Assembly (NCBI GenBank): GCA_047602425.1
Contig: JASGHG010000001.1
Location: 4,704,001-4,768,000 of the forward strand
Length of the DNA: 64,000 nucleotides
Origin: Nibricoccus sp.
GTDB taxonomy: Bacteria; Verrucomicrobiota; Verrucomicrobiia; Opitutales; Opitutaceae
Direction: 5' to 3'
This document shows positions 54,680 through 64,000 of this stretch, one piece after another (position 1 is the first letter of the stretch; every line of letters begins with the position of its first letter). Below the pieces are notes generated by a model. That model did not search any database and was not told where the DNA came from. It saw only the letters and a program-made list of their open reading frames with translations. The position numbers and the translations under genes are program-made.

Positions 54680-57600
54680 CTATGGCTTGGGCACGGGGTC
54701 TGGCGCAAGTACCGAACCAGTTGGCCGAAAATCCTTCGACGTAGCGAGCGCGATCACACGTCCCTCGCTGCCTACCGCGCAGTAGAAATGGTAGACGACG
54801 CCGTCGTGTTTGATCACCCACGGCTTGTGAGCGAACTCCTTCTCGTAGGGTTCAGTCGAGGAGATCAGGTCGGGGCCGGTCCACGGCGTCCAATGCACGA
54901 GATCGCGTGAAACTGCGAACGTGTCGAATGCGCCGGACCGGTAAAAGGCGCCAAAGAAAAACATCACCCAGAGCTCGCCCATGCGCACGACCTGCGGATC
55001 GCCGGTGATCGTCGCGAAGCGCAAGCCGGGCGGGCGCGGATGATCCATGATGTGGGCCGGGCCGTAGCGTCGCCAGGTTTTCATATCATCGCTGATGGCG
55101 ATGCCGATGCGTTCGTTATCGCGAGCGTGTCGGGCGTTGTAGAACATCACAAACGGCGCGCCAAGTGTGCTCGCGTCATCGTGTATGATCGAACTCTTAA
55201 AGAGCGTTTCGTTTTCGAAGAAACGGGCGTCTCTGTCGGTGGGTTGCATGATCGGCGCCGGTAACTTGTCCCAGGCGATTAGGTTAGTTGGATCGTTGGT
55301 CGACGCCATGCCGATCGAGAGCGGACTTTTCTCGTAACCGGTCAACGAACCGCCGATGTAGGACATCCAGTAGCGACCTTCGTGCTTGCCAAGCGCATAG
55401 CTGCCACCCCAAGTCGGATCGACCAGTGCGAGGCCGCCACCAGCGTTCGCGTAATCCCAACTGCCTTCCGGCCCTTGCGGCAGGATTGTGCCGAGCGATT
55501 TCCAGCTCAGCAGATCGTCGCTCACTGCGAGTTGCGTCGAGTAACCACGCGGCTCGCCATTCGGAAGATTTTCAAGCTGAACATAGATCATCCACCAGCG
55601 CCCGTTGTGTCGAAAAACATTCGGGCAATCGACCTTCTTTCCCGGCGGAGCCGCGATAACGACGCCATATTTGTAGGGGGTCTTCGCTTCTTCGTAAACG
55701 CGGCGCAGGTCGGCGGAACGGATTGCGGAGGAATCGTTGGCGACAACCTCAGGTTCGGCCACGAGTCGCACCGGACCGAGCAGTCCGGCTTCGAGCAGCG
55801 GACGCGATTCGATTGGTTTCGCGAGGGGAATGTACGTCGTGCGCTTTTCGGGTGGAAGCTTCGCGTCGCCGATTAGGCGGTTGAGCCAGGTATTGGTGAC
55901 GTGGATTTCGAGTGTATTTTTTCCGTTTCGAAGTGCGCGTGTGATATCGAGTCGCATGGGTTCGGTCCAAGCTGTCCCGCAATCGACGCCGTTCAGTTGG
56001 ACGCTCGCGAGGTTGGCGACTTTGCCGAGATCGAGCCAGATGCGACGGCCGAGATGAGCGTTGGTCCATTCGAAAGTTTTGGTATAGGTAGCCGTGCCGG
56101 AAAAGTAGCGGACAAAACCTTCGCCGTGCTCGCTCCACGAGGTCAGTTTATCAAATTCGAAACGGCGGTCATAACTTGCGTATTTGGTCTTAAAGGAAAC
56201 GCCCCAAGTTCCCTCGATCGTCACTAGTGGCTCCGTCGCCCTCAGCGGCTGGGCGTGAGGCATTGACGCGGCGTACGCCCGACGGCGCAGGACAACAAAT
56301 GCCGAACCATGCGCCGGAAGTTCGACGGCAAACTCTCCACGTTCGTCTGTCGTATCGTTGAGTGGCTGTTCTTGGATCACGCCCGTGACGGGGTCGTACC
56401 ACTCGGGTTGCAATCCACGCACGTTGACCGAAAGTTCAACTTGAGCAGTGGCTGCAGATTGGTTGCTGACGAAATAGATGTCCGCCTCTTCGTTTTTCCG
56501 ATGCGTCCATTCGATGCCTTCCGAACCCTTGCCTCGCACCAAAAGATCGGGCTGAACAAGGCGCTCGCGCAATACTTGGCGCAAGTCTTGTCGCTCACGT
56601 GCCTGGTCAAAGATAGCCGCCCCGGCGCGTCGCAGTCCGTCGATCTTCTTCGCGACCTCGGGCGAAAGTTTTGTCGTATCTTGAACCACCAGCACAGCGT
56701 AACTTGCGCCGCCGGGCAGTTCGATGCGACCGTTTCGGACGAACGTGTATTTAAGCAACGCGTCGCGATTGATTGTGTCGGCCTGAAAACCGCGCGGTAG
56801 CTCCGGTTTGCGGCGCTCGGGCAAGATTGCTCGCGCAGGCAATTCTTCGCCTGCGAAATATGCAACATCGACGACGGATTGACCGAGTTGAAGCATAGCC
56901 GAGCAACGACTGAGGTACGTAATCCATGCTTTGCTTTGCTCAAACCAAGTCTGCTCGCGGCCGTAGAAAAGCCCGATATTGCTCAACGTCATGCCTGGAC
57001 CCCGATTGTGGGACCAGGGATTGAGTGCGGCAACGTGGATGAGAAATTTATTTACTCCTAGCGCGAAGTTGTGGTCACCGAGCGCTTTCAGCATGCCGGG
57101 GTGCTCGTCCCATTCCAGATTTCGCTGCGTGAATGCCTCGGACATGACAACGTTCTTCCCGTACACGCGGGCGCCGGAAATGGCGTCGTGAATATCGTTG
57201 GGTTTATCCTGTACAGCGCTGCGGAACCAAAACTCTCCCATCGGCACGTCCACGTTGTCGAAATGCCGCATCCCCTCGCCCATCATCGTCGGTGCAGTCG
57301 TTTCGGCGGTAAAGATACAACCGTGCTGTTTTGCCAATTCGGCGAGTGGCACAAAAAATCCGTCGATGGTTAGATCCGAGATCGTAAGGCGGATATCGTT
57401 AAGAACCTGCTCCGATTTCTCCGCGCTTTCGACCGGAATGCCCGCGAACAATGGTAGAAATGGCGTCAGGTCGTAACCGCGGCGTCTCTTGAATTCTTCG
57501 CGGAAAGTCGCGCTCCAGTTTTGACTGCCGGCTTCCCAACTATCGACGTGAAAAATTTTCAGGACCTTGCCGGCCAGCTCAGTTCCTACCTGCCGGATCG

Positions 57601-58906
57601 TTTCGCCGAACCATTTGTCAAACTGCAAACGCGCGGCTTCTGGATTGAATTTGTCGCACTCCAGCCCGCGTCCTGCGCCAGCGGTTTCATTGCGATGGCC
57701 CGTCGCGGTGTGGCCCACGCGAAGGATGGTCCAGCGGCCGGGAGGCGCCTGCCACTTGAGCGTTCCGTCCGTTCCGAAAGACGAAGTGAGATCGATAATT
57801 TTGTCCTGCGGAACACAAAGTTCACCGGGAATCAGCGCCGAGTCGGCGCGTTCGCTCGATCGCCAGACCGCGCCCGATTTTCCTTCGTAGTGAGGAACGC
57901 GTGCGTCGCTGAAAAGCTCGATGCCCTGCACCTTGAAAACGTGCTTCCATTTGGCCGAATCCAGGTCTTCGGCAAAAGGTTCGGCACCGGACGGATCGTG
58001 AACGAAACGAAAAAAACGCGCGGTCGTTGTTGGGATGGAAAACGTATAAGGCGCATCGCCGTCCTGCCAGCCATGCCGTGGGGTCTTAAGACGCCCAAGC
58101 GAGCGGAATGTTTTCCCGTCGTCACCCACTTCGACGATCATGCGCAATGGCGGATAATTCGCGCCGTCGGGCCGAACCACAATCGAGCGGCAAGTGAATG
58201 GCGCGGCGAACTCGAACTGCACCCAGCATGGATTCTCGCTGCGAAGGCGCTTGGTGTTGCCCGGTTTGACCAGGGCCTGCGCGTCGGCGCCCGCCACGTC
58301 GGTCGTGACCTTCGGCACGACATTCCGCGACGAGAGTCCTTCGCCATCACGGGCCGGAAACGCAAGGATCGCGATGTCGCGGTAAAAACCTTCATGCGAG
58401 GCCGGCTGTGGAAGTTTCACCTCGAGCGCGGCGCCGCCTTCGACCTGCTGCTCGGTCCATACGACTTTCTGCATGGCCAACTCAGGCGTGATCCACGGAC
58501 CGCCAGCCGTGGCAAAGCCGTCGCTCGCATGCATCGCGATTTTCAGTTTCAGGCGTGCGGCCTCTCGAAATGTGTGACGCAACATTTCCCACCATTCCGG
58601 CGTAAGCGTGCGGACCGAAGGCTCGAAGAGCGGCAGGTTCGGCACGTCCTGGATGGGAACCAAGTACACACCGCCAAGTCCGACGCGGGCAAAAGCCTCA
58701 AGATCGGCCGTGATGCCCTCGCGCGAAATCGTGCCTTTCATCCAGTACCAAAAGACCCACGGCTTCGCCGACTCCGGTGGTGCGGCGAATACTGCTTCCG
58801 GGTTGGTCGAAGGTTTCGGTTGCGCCGCAACGAATGACGTCGCGACTAGCGCAGCGAACAATGGGACCGCACTTCGACGGAGAAGCTGGAGCGTGCGAAC
58901 GATCAT
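54680..58906 (-). CDS. Bifunctional glycosidase: GH106 alpha-L-rhamnosidase fused to a C-terminal five-bladed-propeller GH137-like domain
   Basis: GH106 motifs PPESAKPWVFWYW, GGPWITPE, GLECDKF, HVDSWE, PMGEFW, VTNTWLNRLIGD, GLLGPV; then a second domain from KTPYKYGVV...VDCPNVF...GDPQV...AHKPWV. Confidence 0.82.
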   Translation of the reverse strand: MIVRTLQLLRRSAVPLFAALVATSFVAAQPKPSTNPEAVFAAPPESAKPWVFWYWMKGTISREGITADLEAFARVGLGGVYLVPIQDVPNLPLFEPSVRTLTPEWWEMLRHTFREAARLKLKIAMHASDGFATAGGPWITPELAMQKVVWTEQQVEGGAALEVKLPQPASHEGFYRDIAILAFPARDGEGLSSRNVVPKVTTDVAGADAQALVKPGNTKRLRSENPCWVQFEFAAPFTCRSIVVRPDGANYPPLRMIVEVGDDGKTFRSLGRLKTPRHGWQDGDAPYTFSIPTTTARFFRFVHDPSGAEPFAEDLDSAKWKHVFKVQGIELFSDARVPHYEGKSGAVWRSSERADSALIPGELCVPQDKIIDLTSSFGTDGTLKWQAPPGRWTILRVGHTATGHRNETAGAGRGLECDKFNPEAARLQFDKWFGETIRQVGTELAGKVLKIFHVDSWEAGSQNWSATFREEFKRRRGYDLTPFLPLFAGIPVESAEKSEQVLNDIRLTISDLTIDGFFVPLAELAKQHGCIFTAETTAPTMMGEGMRHFDNVDVPMGEFWFRSAVQDKPNDIHDAISGARVYGKNVVMSEAFTQRNLEWDEHPGMLKALGDHNFALGVNKFLIHVAALNPWSHNRGPGMTLSNIGLFYGREQTWFEQSKAWITYLSRCSAMLQLGQSVVDVAYFAGEELPARAILPERRKPELPRGFQADTINRDALLKYTFVRNGRIELPGGASYAVLVVQDTTKLSPEVAKKIDGLRRAGAAIFDQARERQDLRQVLRERLVQPDLLVRGKGSEGIEWTHRKNEEADIYFVSNQSAATAQVELSVNVRGLQPEWYDPVTGVIQEQPLNDTTDERGEFAVELPAHGSAFVVLRRRAYAASMPHAQPLRATEPLVTIEGTWGVSFKTKYASYDRRFEFDKLTSWSEHGEGFVRYFSGTATYTKTFEWTNAHLGRRIWLDLGKVANLASVQLNGVDCGTAWTEPMRLDITRALRNGKNTLEIHVTNTWLNRLIGDAKLPPEKRTTYIPLAKPIESRPLLEAGLLGPVRLVAEPEVVANDSSAIRSADLRRVYEEAKTPYKYGVVIAAPPGKKVDCPNVFRHNGRWWMIYVQLENLPNGEPRGYSTQLAVSDDLLSWKSLGTILPQGPEGSWDYANAGGGLALVDPTWGGSYALGKHEGRYWMSYIGGSLTGYEKSPLSIGMASTNDPTNLIAWDKLPAPIMQPTDRDARFFENETLFKSSIIHDDASTLGAPFVMFYNARHARDNERIGIAISDDMKTWRRYGPAHIMDHPRPPGLRFATITGDPQVVRMGELWVMFFFGAFYRSGAFDTFAVSRDLVHWTPWTGPDLISSTEPYEKEFAHKPWVIKHDGVVYHFYCAVGSEGRVIALATSKDFRPTGSVLAPDPVPKP

Positions 58907-61767
58907 TTCAGTTCGAAACGAAGTTGGAGCGAACCGCGACGCACACCTGAGACCCGCTGCGCCTGTGAGGAAGGGCCGACGAGGTCGGTCGCATTGACCT
59001 TGTTGCGCAGAGCCGGAATGACATCGAGCACGGCGATGCCGGTTTGCGGAAGCGTGTAAAGCATGGCATCGCGTCCGTCGCGCGGCGTATAGACACCAAG
59101 GAAGGAGCCGGCCGTGAAATTGCCGAGCGTGATGCTGCCTTCCAACGTCTCAAAGGAAGCCCAACGCCAGTCGTTAAAGAAGCCTTTGAATTCGGGAAAC
59201 ACGAAGGATTCGCCGGGAATTGGATCGTTATATTTGTTCGTCCAAACGTCGAGCATTGTACCATGCAAACGGTTTTGCCAAACGCGGTACGGACCGCGGC
59301 CGAGCCAGCGAATGGATTTCATGCTTGCCTCGGGGCAGTCGAACTTCACCCCCATCAACTCCACCACGCCGTCGTAGGCATATTCGTAGTCGAGGCGAAC
59401 AACCCCATTGGGTGAAACGCGCCAGCGGACAGTCTGCAAGGCGCCAGAATAGTTCACATCCACCACCACGTCCGAACTGTCAACACGAGCGGCGATGGTT
59501 TTGAGCGCGGAGCCAAAATTGACTTCTTTATAGATACGATCCGCGCCTTTTGCGGCTTGAGGATCGATGGAGCCATCAAGAGTGCGATCACCCCGTCGCG
59601 CCGCGACAAAACGTGGCCCTTGGTTGAAGGAAATCGATTTCGTTCCCTGACGAACGCTGGCGAGTTCGCCCGTTTGTTTATTAATGCGAATCTCTTGCCC
59701 CGCGGCGTAGACAACAATCACATCGTAATCGCTGCGATATTCGACTTTGGAACCGGGCTTGTTGGCTGTCGCAATGTCGTTGAGCGGTTTCCAGCTCCAG
59801 GACCAGGTCCAAAGTTTTTCCCCAGCAGGATTTTTGACTGTGACATAAAGTACATCGGCATCGCGCCAGTTGGCCGGCAAGGGCAAGGTGAGTTCGCCGT
59901 TCGTATGTGGTGCAATCGCCGGGCCGTCCAGTTCGCCCGACGTTATTGTCACGTGACCGGCTTTGCCCTCTACGGCGGACGAGAACTTCGCCAGCTCCCA
60001 GGCAAACTTGCACTGGTTCAAATTGGTGAAGTCGTAGCGGTTTTCAACAGTTAGGCTGCCCTTGAAATCGAGTGGCAATTGAATCGGGCCGACCTGCACC
60101 GGGCACCAAATTTCGCGAACCGTGTTAACACTTCCCTCTTTTTCATGGTGTGGTCCGACAATGCCATCGGGACCATAGTTGCCCGCCACGTCGATGCGCC
60201 CATCCTGATCGGTGCGAGCCAGGCCTTCGTCGGCAAACGACCAAAGAAAGCCGCCACCGCTACGCGGATGATTACGCATCATTTCCCAATAGTCGAACAG
60301 GCCCGCGCCCTGCCCGCCTTCGTAGAGGCCGTGCAGAAATTCGGTCGGCATATAAATTTCCTTGGCACGAAAATATTCCTGCGTCTCGCCATACGAGCGA
60401 TAGTGCATCGTATCGATGCCGCTGAACTTCCCTTGTGGATGCAGCACGAGACGTTTTTGCGGGTCCCACTTGGCGAACTCATCGTCGATCGCCGCATTCC
60501 AGCCGCCTTCGTTGCCGTTGTCCCAAAAAATAATACCCGGGTGATTCACATCGCGGGAAATCATTTCGCCCACTAGGCGACGTCCGGTTGGTTCGTCATA
60601 ACGGCCATGCCAGCCGCCGAGTTCGTTCAAGACGTAGAGGCCGAGCTCGTCACATGCGTCGAGGAATTCCGGATCGGGCGGATAATGCGAAAGCCGGACC
60701 GCGTTCATATTCATTTCCTTGATCAGACGCACGTCCGCATAATTGCGCTCGCGATTGAGCGTGCGGCCGGTTTCTGGCCAGAAACTGTGCCGATTGGTGC
60801 CTTTCAGCAGAATGCGTTGCCCATTCAGGAAAAATCCCTCGCCTTCACGCACCTCAAAGGTGCGAAAACCGAACCGCTCCGTAGCGATATGAACGACATT
60901 CCCGTTGCGGATGAGCGTGATTTTCACCCGATAGAGATGAGGCGTTTCCGCTGTCCACAATTTCGGCGAAGAAACCGATGTGGCCAGCGAAACGCGGTCG
61001 CTTCCGGAAGCGGGTGTCGCCTCGGCCGGCACACCAACCGGTTTTCCCGACGCGTCGATAATTTGGGCGGAAACTTTCGTGTTTTCGTCAGCAGTAGCTC
61101 CGAGAAAAACATCAGCACGGAAAGTCCCATCGGCACGCGCGTCGATCGCAGTACGATCGATGAAATGTGCAGGCAAAACCTCCAAAAACACCGGTCGGAA
61201 TATGCCGCCGAAGTTCCAATAGTCAGCGCGGCGCTCGGCAAGATTTACGGACTCATTGGCGGATTCCTTGTCGACCGTGACTTCGATTTCGTTGCGCCCA
61301 CCGAACTTCAACAAACCGGTAATTTCGTATTTGAAACGATAAAAGCCGCCTTGATGCACGGGACCGGCGGAAATGCCATTCACGCGAACGGCGGTATCCG
61401 TCATCGAACCATCAAACACGATGCGCACGCGCCTTCCCTGCCATTCAGTCGGAGCATTGAAGGCGTGGCGGTATTTGCCTTGTTCCTTGGCGATTCCAGG
61501 TGGATTTGGTTTTCCGTAGAACGGCATGCCAAACTGGTAGGTGCCATAGCCTTCCTGTTCCCAACATGAAGGCACACGAATTTTGCCGGACTCTCCCGCG
61601 CGACGACCTTCTGAGCAGGTAAAATCCCACTGGACAGCGTCGTCCGAGCCTTTGCCCGAGAGATATTGGATCTGTGTGTCGGAAGAAGAAACGGTTTGTC
61701 CGAATGCGAGCGATGCAACGGCAAAGAGCATGAAGTACGAGAGAATTTTCCGCTGGGAGGTTTTCAT
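58903..61767 (-). CDS. GH2 glycoside hydrolase
   Basis: VPSCWEQEG, FDGSMTD, DYWNFGGIFRPV, GTNRHSFWP, MNAVRLSHYPP, NHPGIIFWDNGNEGG, PTEFLHG. Start reassigned to 61767 (MKTSQRK, signal peptide). Confidence 0.9.
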   Translation of the reverse strand: MKTSQRKILSYFMLFAVASLAFGQTVSSSDTQIQYLSGKGSDDAVQWDFTCSEGRRAGESGKIRVPSCWEQEGYGTYQFGMPFYGKPNPPGIAKEQGKYRHAFNAPTEWQGRRVRIVFDGSMTDTAVRVNGISAGPVHQGGFYRFKYEITGLLKFGGRNEIEVTVDKESANESVNLAERRADYWNFGGIFRPVFLEVLPAHFIDRTAIDARADGTFRADVFLGATADENTKVSAQIIDASGKPVGVPAEATPASGSDRVSLATSVSSPKLWTAETPHLYRVKITLIRNGNVVHIATERFGFRTFEVREGEGFFLNGQRILLKGTNRHSFWPETGRTLNRERNYADVRLIKEMNMNAVRLSHYPPDPEFLDACDELGLYVLNELGGWHGRYDEPTGRRLVGEMISRDVNHPGIIFWDNGNEGGWNAAIDDEFAKWDPQKRLVLHPQGKFSGIDTMHYRSYGETQEYFRAKEIYMPTEFLHGLYEGGQGAGLFDYWEMMRNHPRSGGGFLWSFADEGLARTDQDGRIDVAGNYGPDGIVGPHHEKEGSVNTVREIWCPVQVGPIQLPLDFKGSLTVENRYDFTNLNQCKFAWELAKFSSAVEGKAGHVTITSGELDGPAIAPHTNGELTLPLPANWRDADVLYVTVKNPAGEKLWTWSWSWKPLNDIATANKPGSKVEYRSDYDVIVVYAAGQEIRINKQTGELASVRQGTKSISFNQGPRFVAARRGDRTLDGSIDPQAAKGADRIYKEVNFGSALKTIAARVDSSDVVVDVNYSGALQTVRWRVSPNGVVRLDYEYAYDGVVELMGVKFDCPEASMKSIRWLGRGPYRVWQNRLHGTMLDVWTNKYNDPIPGESFVFPEFKGFFNDWRWASFETLEGSITLGNFTAGSFLGVYTPRDGRDAMLYTLPQTGIAVLDVIPALRNKVNATDLVGPSSQAQRVSGVRRGSLQLRFELK

Positions 61768-61778
61768 GGAAGGTTTGG

Positions 61779-61948
61779 AACCGCGAAGGGACACGAATGA
61801 ACGCGAAGGTAGGGACGCACCGCCGGGGCGTCCGCTAAACGTCGCTTGAGTTGGACCGAAGTCGAAGCGGACGACCCGGCGGGTCGTCCCTACCCTGTCG
61901 GAATGTGGCTCGGTTTTCATTCGCGTCTATTTGCGTTCATTCGCGATT
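61779..61948. repeat. Nested intergenic palindromic element: an inner GTAG-type REP pair inside an outer 29-bp imperfect inverted repeat
   Basis: Inner GGTAGGGACG...CGTCCCTACC (61808-61894); outer AACCGCGAAGGGACACGAATGAACGCGAA (61779-61807) pairs with TTCGCGTCTATTTGCGTTCATTCGCGATT (61920-61948). Confidence 0.78.
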
Positions 61949-61953
61949 AGATT

Positions 61954-64000
61954 TCAGGGTTGTGAGAGGGTTGACTCGAAAACGTAGCCGCCAGATTCGA
62001 TCGAGAAAACGGCGACATTGGCCTCGCGGCGCAGGAGCTTGACGCTAGGAGTTGGATTTTTGCTGCCACTTTCGAAAACAGGCGAGCCATCGCGAGCCGG
62101 CACGAAAATGGTCGCGGTGGTGTTGGCCGGAATGGTGACTTTTAACGTAAACTTTTCCTTTGTGCGTTCCCAGCGCACGGCGATCGGGCCACGGATGGAA
62201 TGGTACGTCGCCTCCGCCCAAGTGAGATCGCCGACCGGCGTGGGCTTTACGATGATTTTCGAGAAACCCGGACCAGCTGGATCGCTGTCGATGCCGACAA
62301 GGTATTTGTAGAACCACTCGGTGATTTGCCCGAGCATGAAGTGATTGTGCGAAGCGCCGAGGCTGGCGTTCCAGGACTCGGTTAACGCGGTCGCGCCCAT
62401 TTTCAGCTGGTAGCCGTAGCCAGGCTTTTCGTCCTGATTGATCAGCTTGTAGATCACGTCGGAGCGGCCCGCCTCGGCGAGCGTGAGCAAGAGAGAGCGG
62501 AAACCAATGTCGCCCGCCGTCGGATAACCGCGTTTTTCCACATCAGCGACGATCGAGGCGAGCGCTTTGTCGGTGGTGCCAGGATCGGCAATGCCCATCG
62601 CCAGCGGAATGGCATTTGACGCCTGCGAGTTGGTCGCGTAGGTGCCGGTTTCGGGATGGAAATACTTTTTGTTGTAAGCCGCACGTAATTCGGCGGCGCG
62701 GGCGGCATAACGCCCGGCGTCATCGGTTTTACCCATAAGTTTCGCGATTTCCGCGAGTGTGCGGTTGTCCTCGAAGAGGAATGCGGTGGCGGTAATTGGA
62801 GCTGGCGTAAGGTTCGGTCGATTACCCTTGTCGATTTCGTAGTCGTACCAATCACCAAGGCCGTCGGAGAGGACGTTATCCTTTGTGCGCGTTTCTAGGT
62901 ACGCGACATAACGCTTCATTCCGTCGTAATACTTTTTCAACAGCTCCGTGTCGCCGGTGAACTGATACTGCTGCCAGGGCACGAGAATGAACGCAGCGCC
63001 CCACTCTGCCGCACTGCGGAATGGCCCTTTGAATTTCACATATTCGGGAGAGATGTTCGGGACGAGTCCATAGTCGGGCGCGTCCTTGTCGCCGAGTTGA
63101 GCGTCGGCGAGGTCGCGCATGGACTTCGTAAACGTGCGCGCCATATCCCACTCGTAGCGAATGCCCGGGCCGTTCAGATGCCACTGCTCGATCCAGCCGA
63201 GTTTTTCACGGTGCGGGCAGTCGGTCAGAATTGAAAACGTGTTCGAACGCTGCGCCCAGCGAACAAGATCGCGAATGCGGTTCAGCAACGGATTTGAGCA
63301 GCTAAATTGTCCGAGCGGCTCGACGCTGGCATGGGTGATGACGAATTCGAGCGACTCGATTTTCGCCAGCTTATTGCGGTCGGTACCGGCAGGCGCCGGC
63401 GTTTCGTCGCCTAGGAGAAAAAAATCCGCCTGAATGTAGCGGCTGCCGAGGAAAAAGAATTTTGGCGTCCAAGTTTCGACGCCGTCGGTGGCCTTCGTGT
63501 ATTGCCACCAGGAGCGGCCGCGGTGGGCCTTTCCCATCGTGTCGCGGAAAATCGTGCCATCGTTGTTGACCACTTCGGCGGGCATGAGACGAATGGACGA
63601 ACCAGCCGGTCCCGACACGCGCAGGCGGGGAAAGAATGAAGCGTTTTGGCCAAAATCGTAGACGACTTTTCCGTCGGGAAACTTCTTCGCACCGACCGGC
63701 TGACGCACCTCGATCTCGCGCATCGGTTCGTTGGCGGCGGTGAGACCGCGAAGGTTGGTGTCGACCTGCATGACAGGCACTGCGGGACGCCAGCCGACAG
63801 CTTTAAAGTCCGGTTGATCCCATCCTTTTTGCACGAGACGTGCATCGAGATCCTCGCCGCCGTAGATGCTGGCAAATGGATTTGGTCCGGCATGCGTGCG
63901 CCACGTATCGTCGGTGCCAACGAACTCGATGCGTCCATCGGCGTATTCCAGCCGCAGGTGGAGAATTGCCTTCAGTGGGCCGTAGGAGTTGGTGAACTTG
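61954..64000 (-). CDS. GH78 alpha-L-rhamnosidase; 5' end lies beyond the window
   Basis: SIYGGEDLDAR in frame upstream of the tracked start, YDFGQN, TDCPHREKLGW, GLGDW, GATALTESW, SHNHFMLG. Confidence 0.93.
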   Translation of the reverse strand, partial: KFTNSYGPLKAILHLRLEYADGRIEFVGTDDTWRTHAGPNPFASIYGGEDLDARLVQKGWDQPDFKAVGWRPAVPVMQVDTNLRGLTAANEPMREIEVRQPVGAKKFPDGKVVYDFGQNASFFPRLRVSGPAGSSIRLMPAEVVNNDGTIFRDTMGKAHRGRSWWQYTKATDGVETWTPKFFFLGSRYIQADFFLLGDETPAPAGTDRNKLAKIESLEFVITHASVEPLGQFSCSNPLLNRIRDLVRWAQRSNTFSILTDCPHREKLGWIEQWHLNGPGIRYEWDMARTFTKSMRDLADAQLGDKDAPDYGLVPNISPEYVKFKGPFRSAAEWGAAFILVPWQQYQFTGDTELLKKYYDGMKRYVAYLETRTKDNVLSDGLGDWYDYEIDKGNRPNLTPAPITATAFLFEDNRTLAEIAKLMGKTDDAGRYAARAAELRAAYNKKYFHPETGTYATNSQASNAIPLAMGIADPGTTDKALASIVADVEKRGYPTAGDIGFRSLLLTLAEAGRSDVIYKLINQDEKPGYGYQLKMGATALTESWNASLGASHNHFMLGQITEWFYKYLVGIDSDPAGPGFSKIIVKPTPVGDLTWAEATYHSIRGPIAVRWERTKEKFTLKVTIPANTTATIFVPARDGSPVFESGSKNPTPSVKLLRREANVAVFSIESGGYVFESTLSQP

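Noticed and set aside
61768..61920. Upstream extension of the GH2 ORF (similarly the longer tracked starts at 12291, 15878, 32677, 51045, 54821)
   Set aside because: The extensions run through repeats or neighbouring genes; downstream ATGs give signal peptides or tight gene coupling.

Overview
GC-rich bacterial window with three blocks. The host cannot be proven from sequence; gene content would suit a Verrucomicrobiota/Planctomycetota-type polysaccharide degrader. (1) 1-5327: two hybrid sensor histidine kinases. (2) 5325-42234: a divergent LuxR-type regulator and a complete-looking, co-oriented ~33.5-kb contractile injection system of the eCIS (Afp/PVC) type. It encodes a DUF4255 cap, two sheaths, two tubes, hub, spike, gp25, baseplate J, a tail-I protein, three paralogous fibre/crown-like proteins, a tape measure, an AAA ATPase and two large DUF4157 proteins with C-terminal His-Me-finger nuclease tips. 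No immunity, PAAR or lysis gene is visible, and one gene in the baseplate block ends in a putative membrane anchor. The block lies between two direct copies of a ~166-bp MITE/REPIN-like element, each inserted into a stop codon; the second copy carries an IS481-family element in the loop of its REP hairpin. (3) 42493-64000: a minus-strand glycan cluster (GH138-like, two GH2, GH95, a GH106 + GH137-like fusion, GH78, RhaM, RhaT) resembling a rhamnogalacturonan-II toolkit, with two URO-D/MtaA-fold proteins embedded. Family calls come from motifs read in the translations and from recall; no database search was run.
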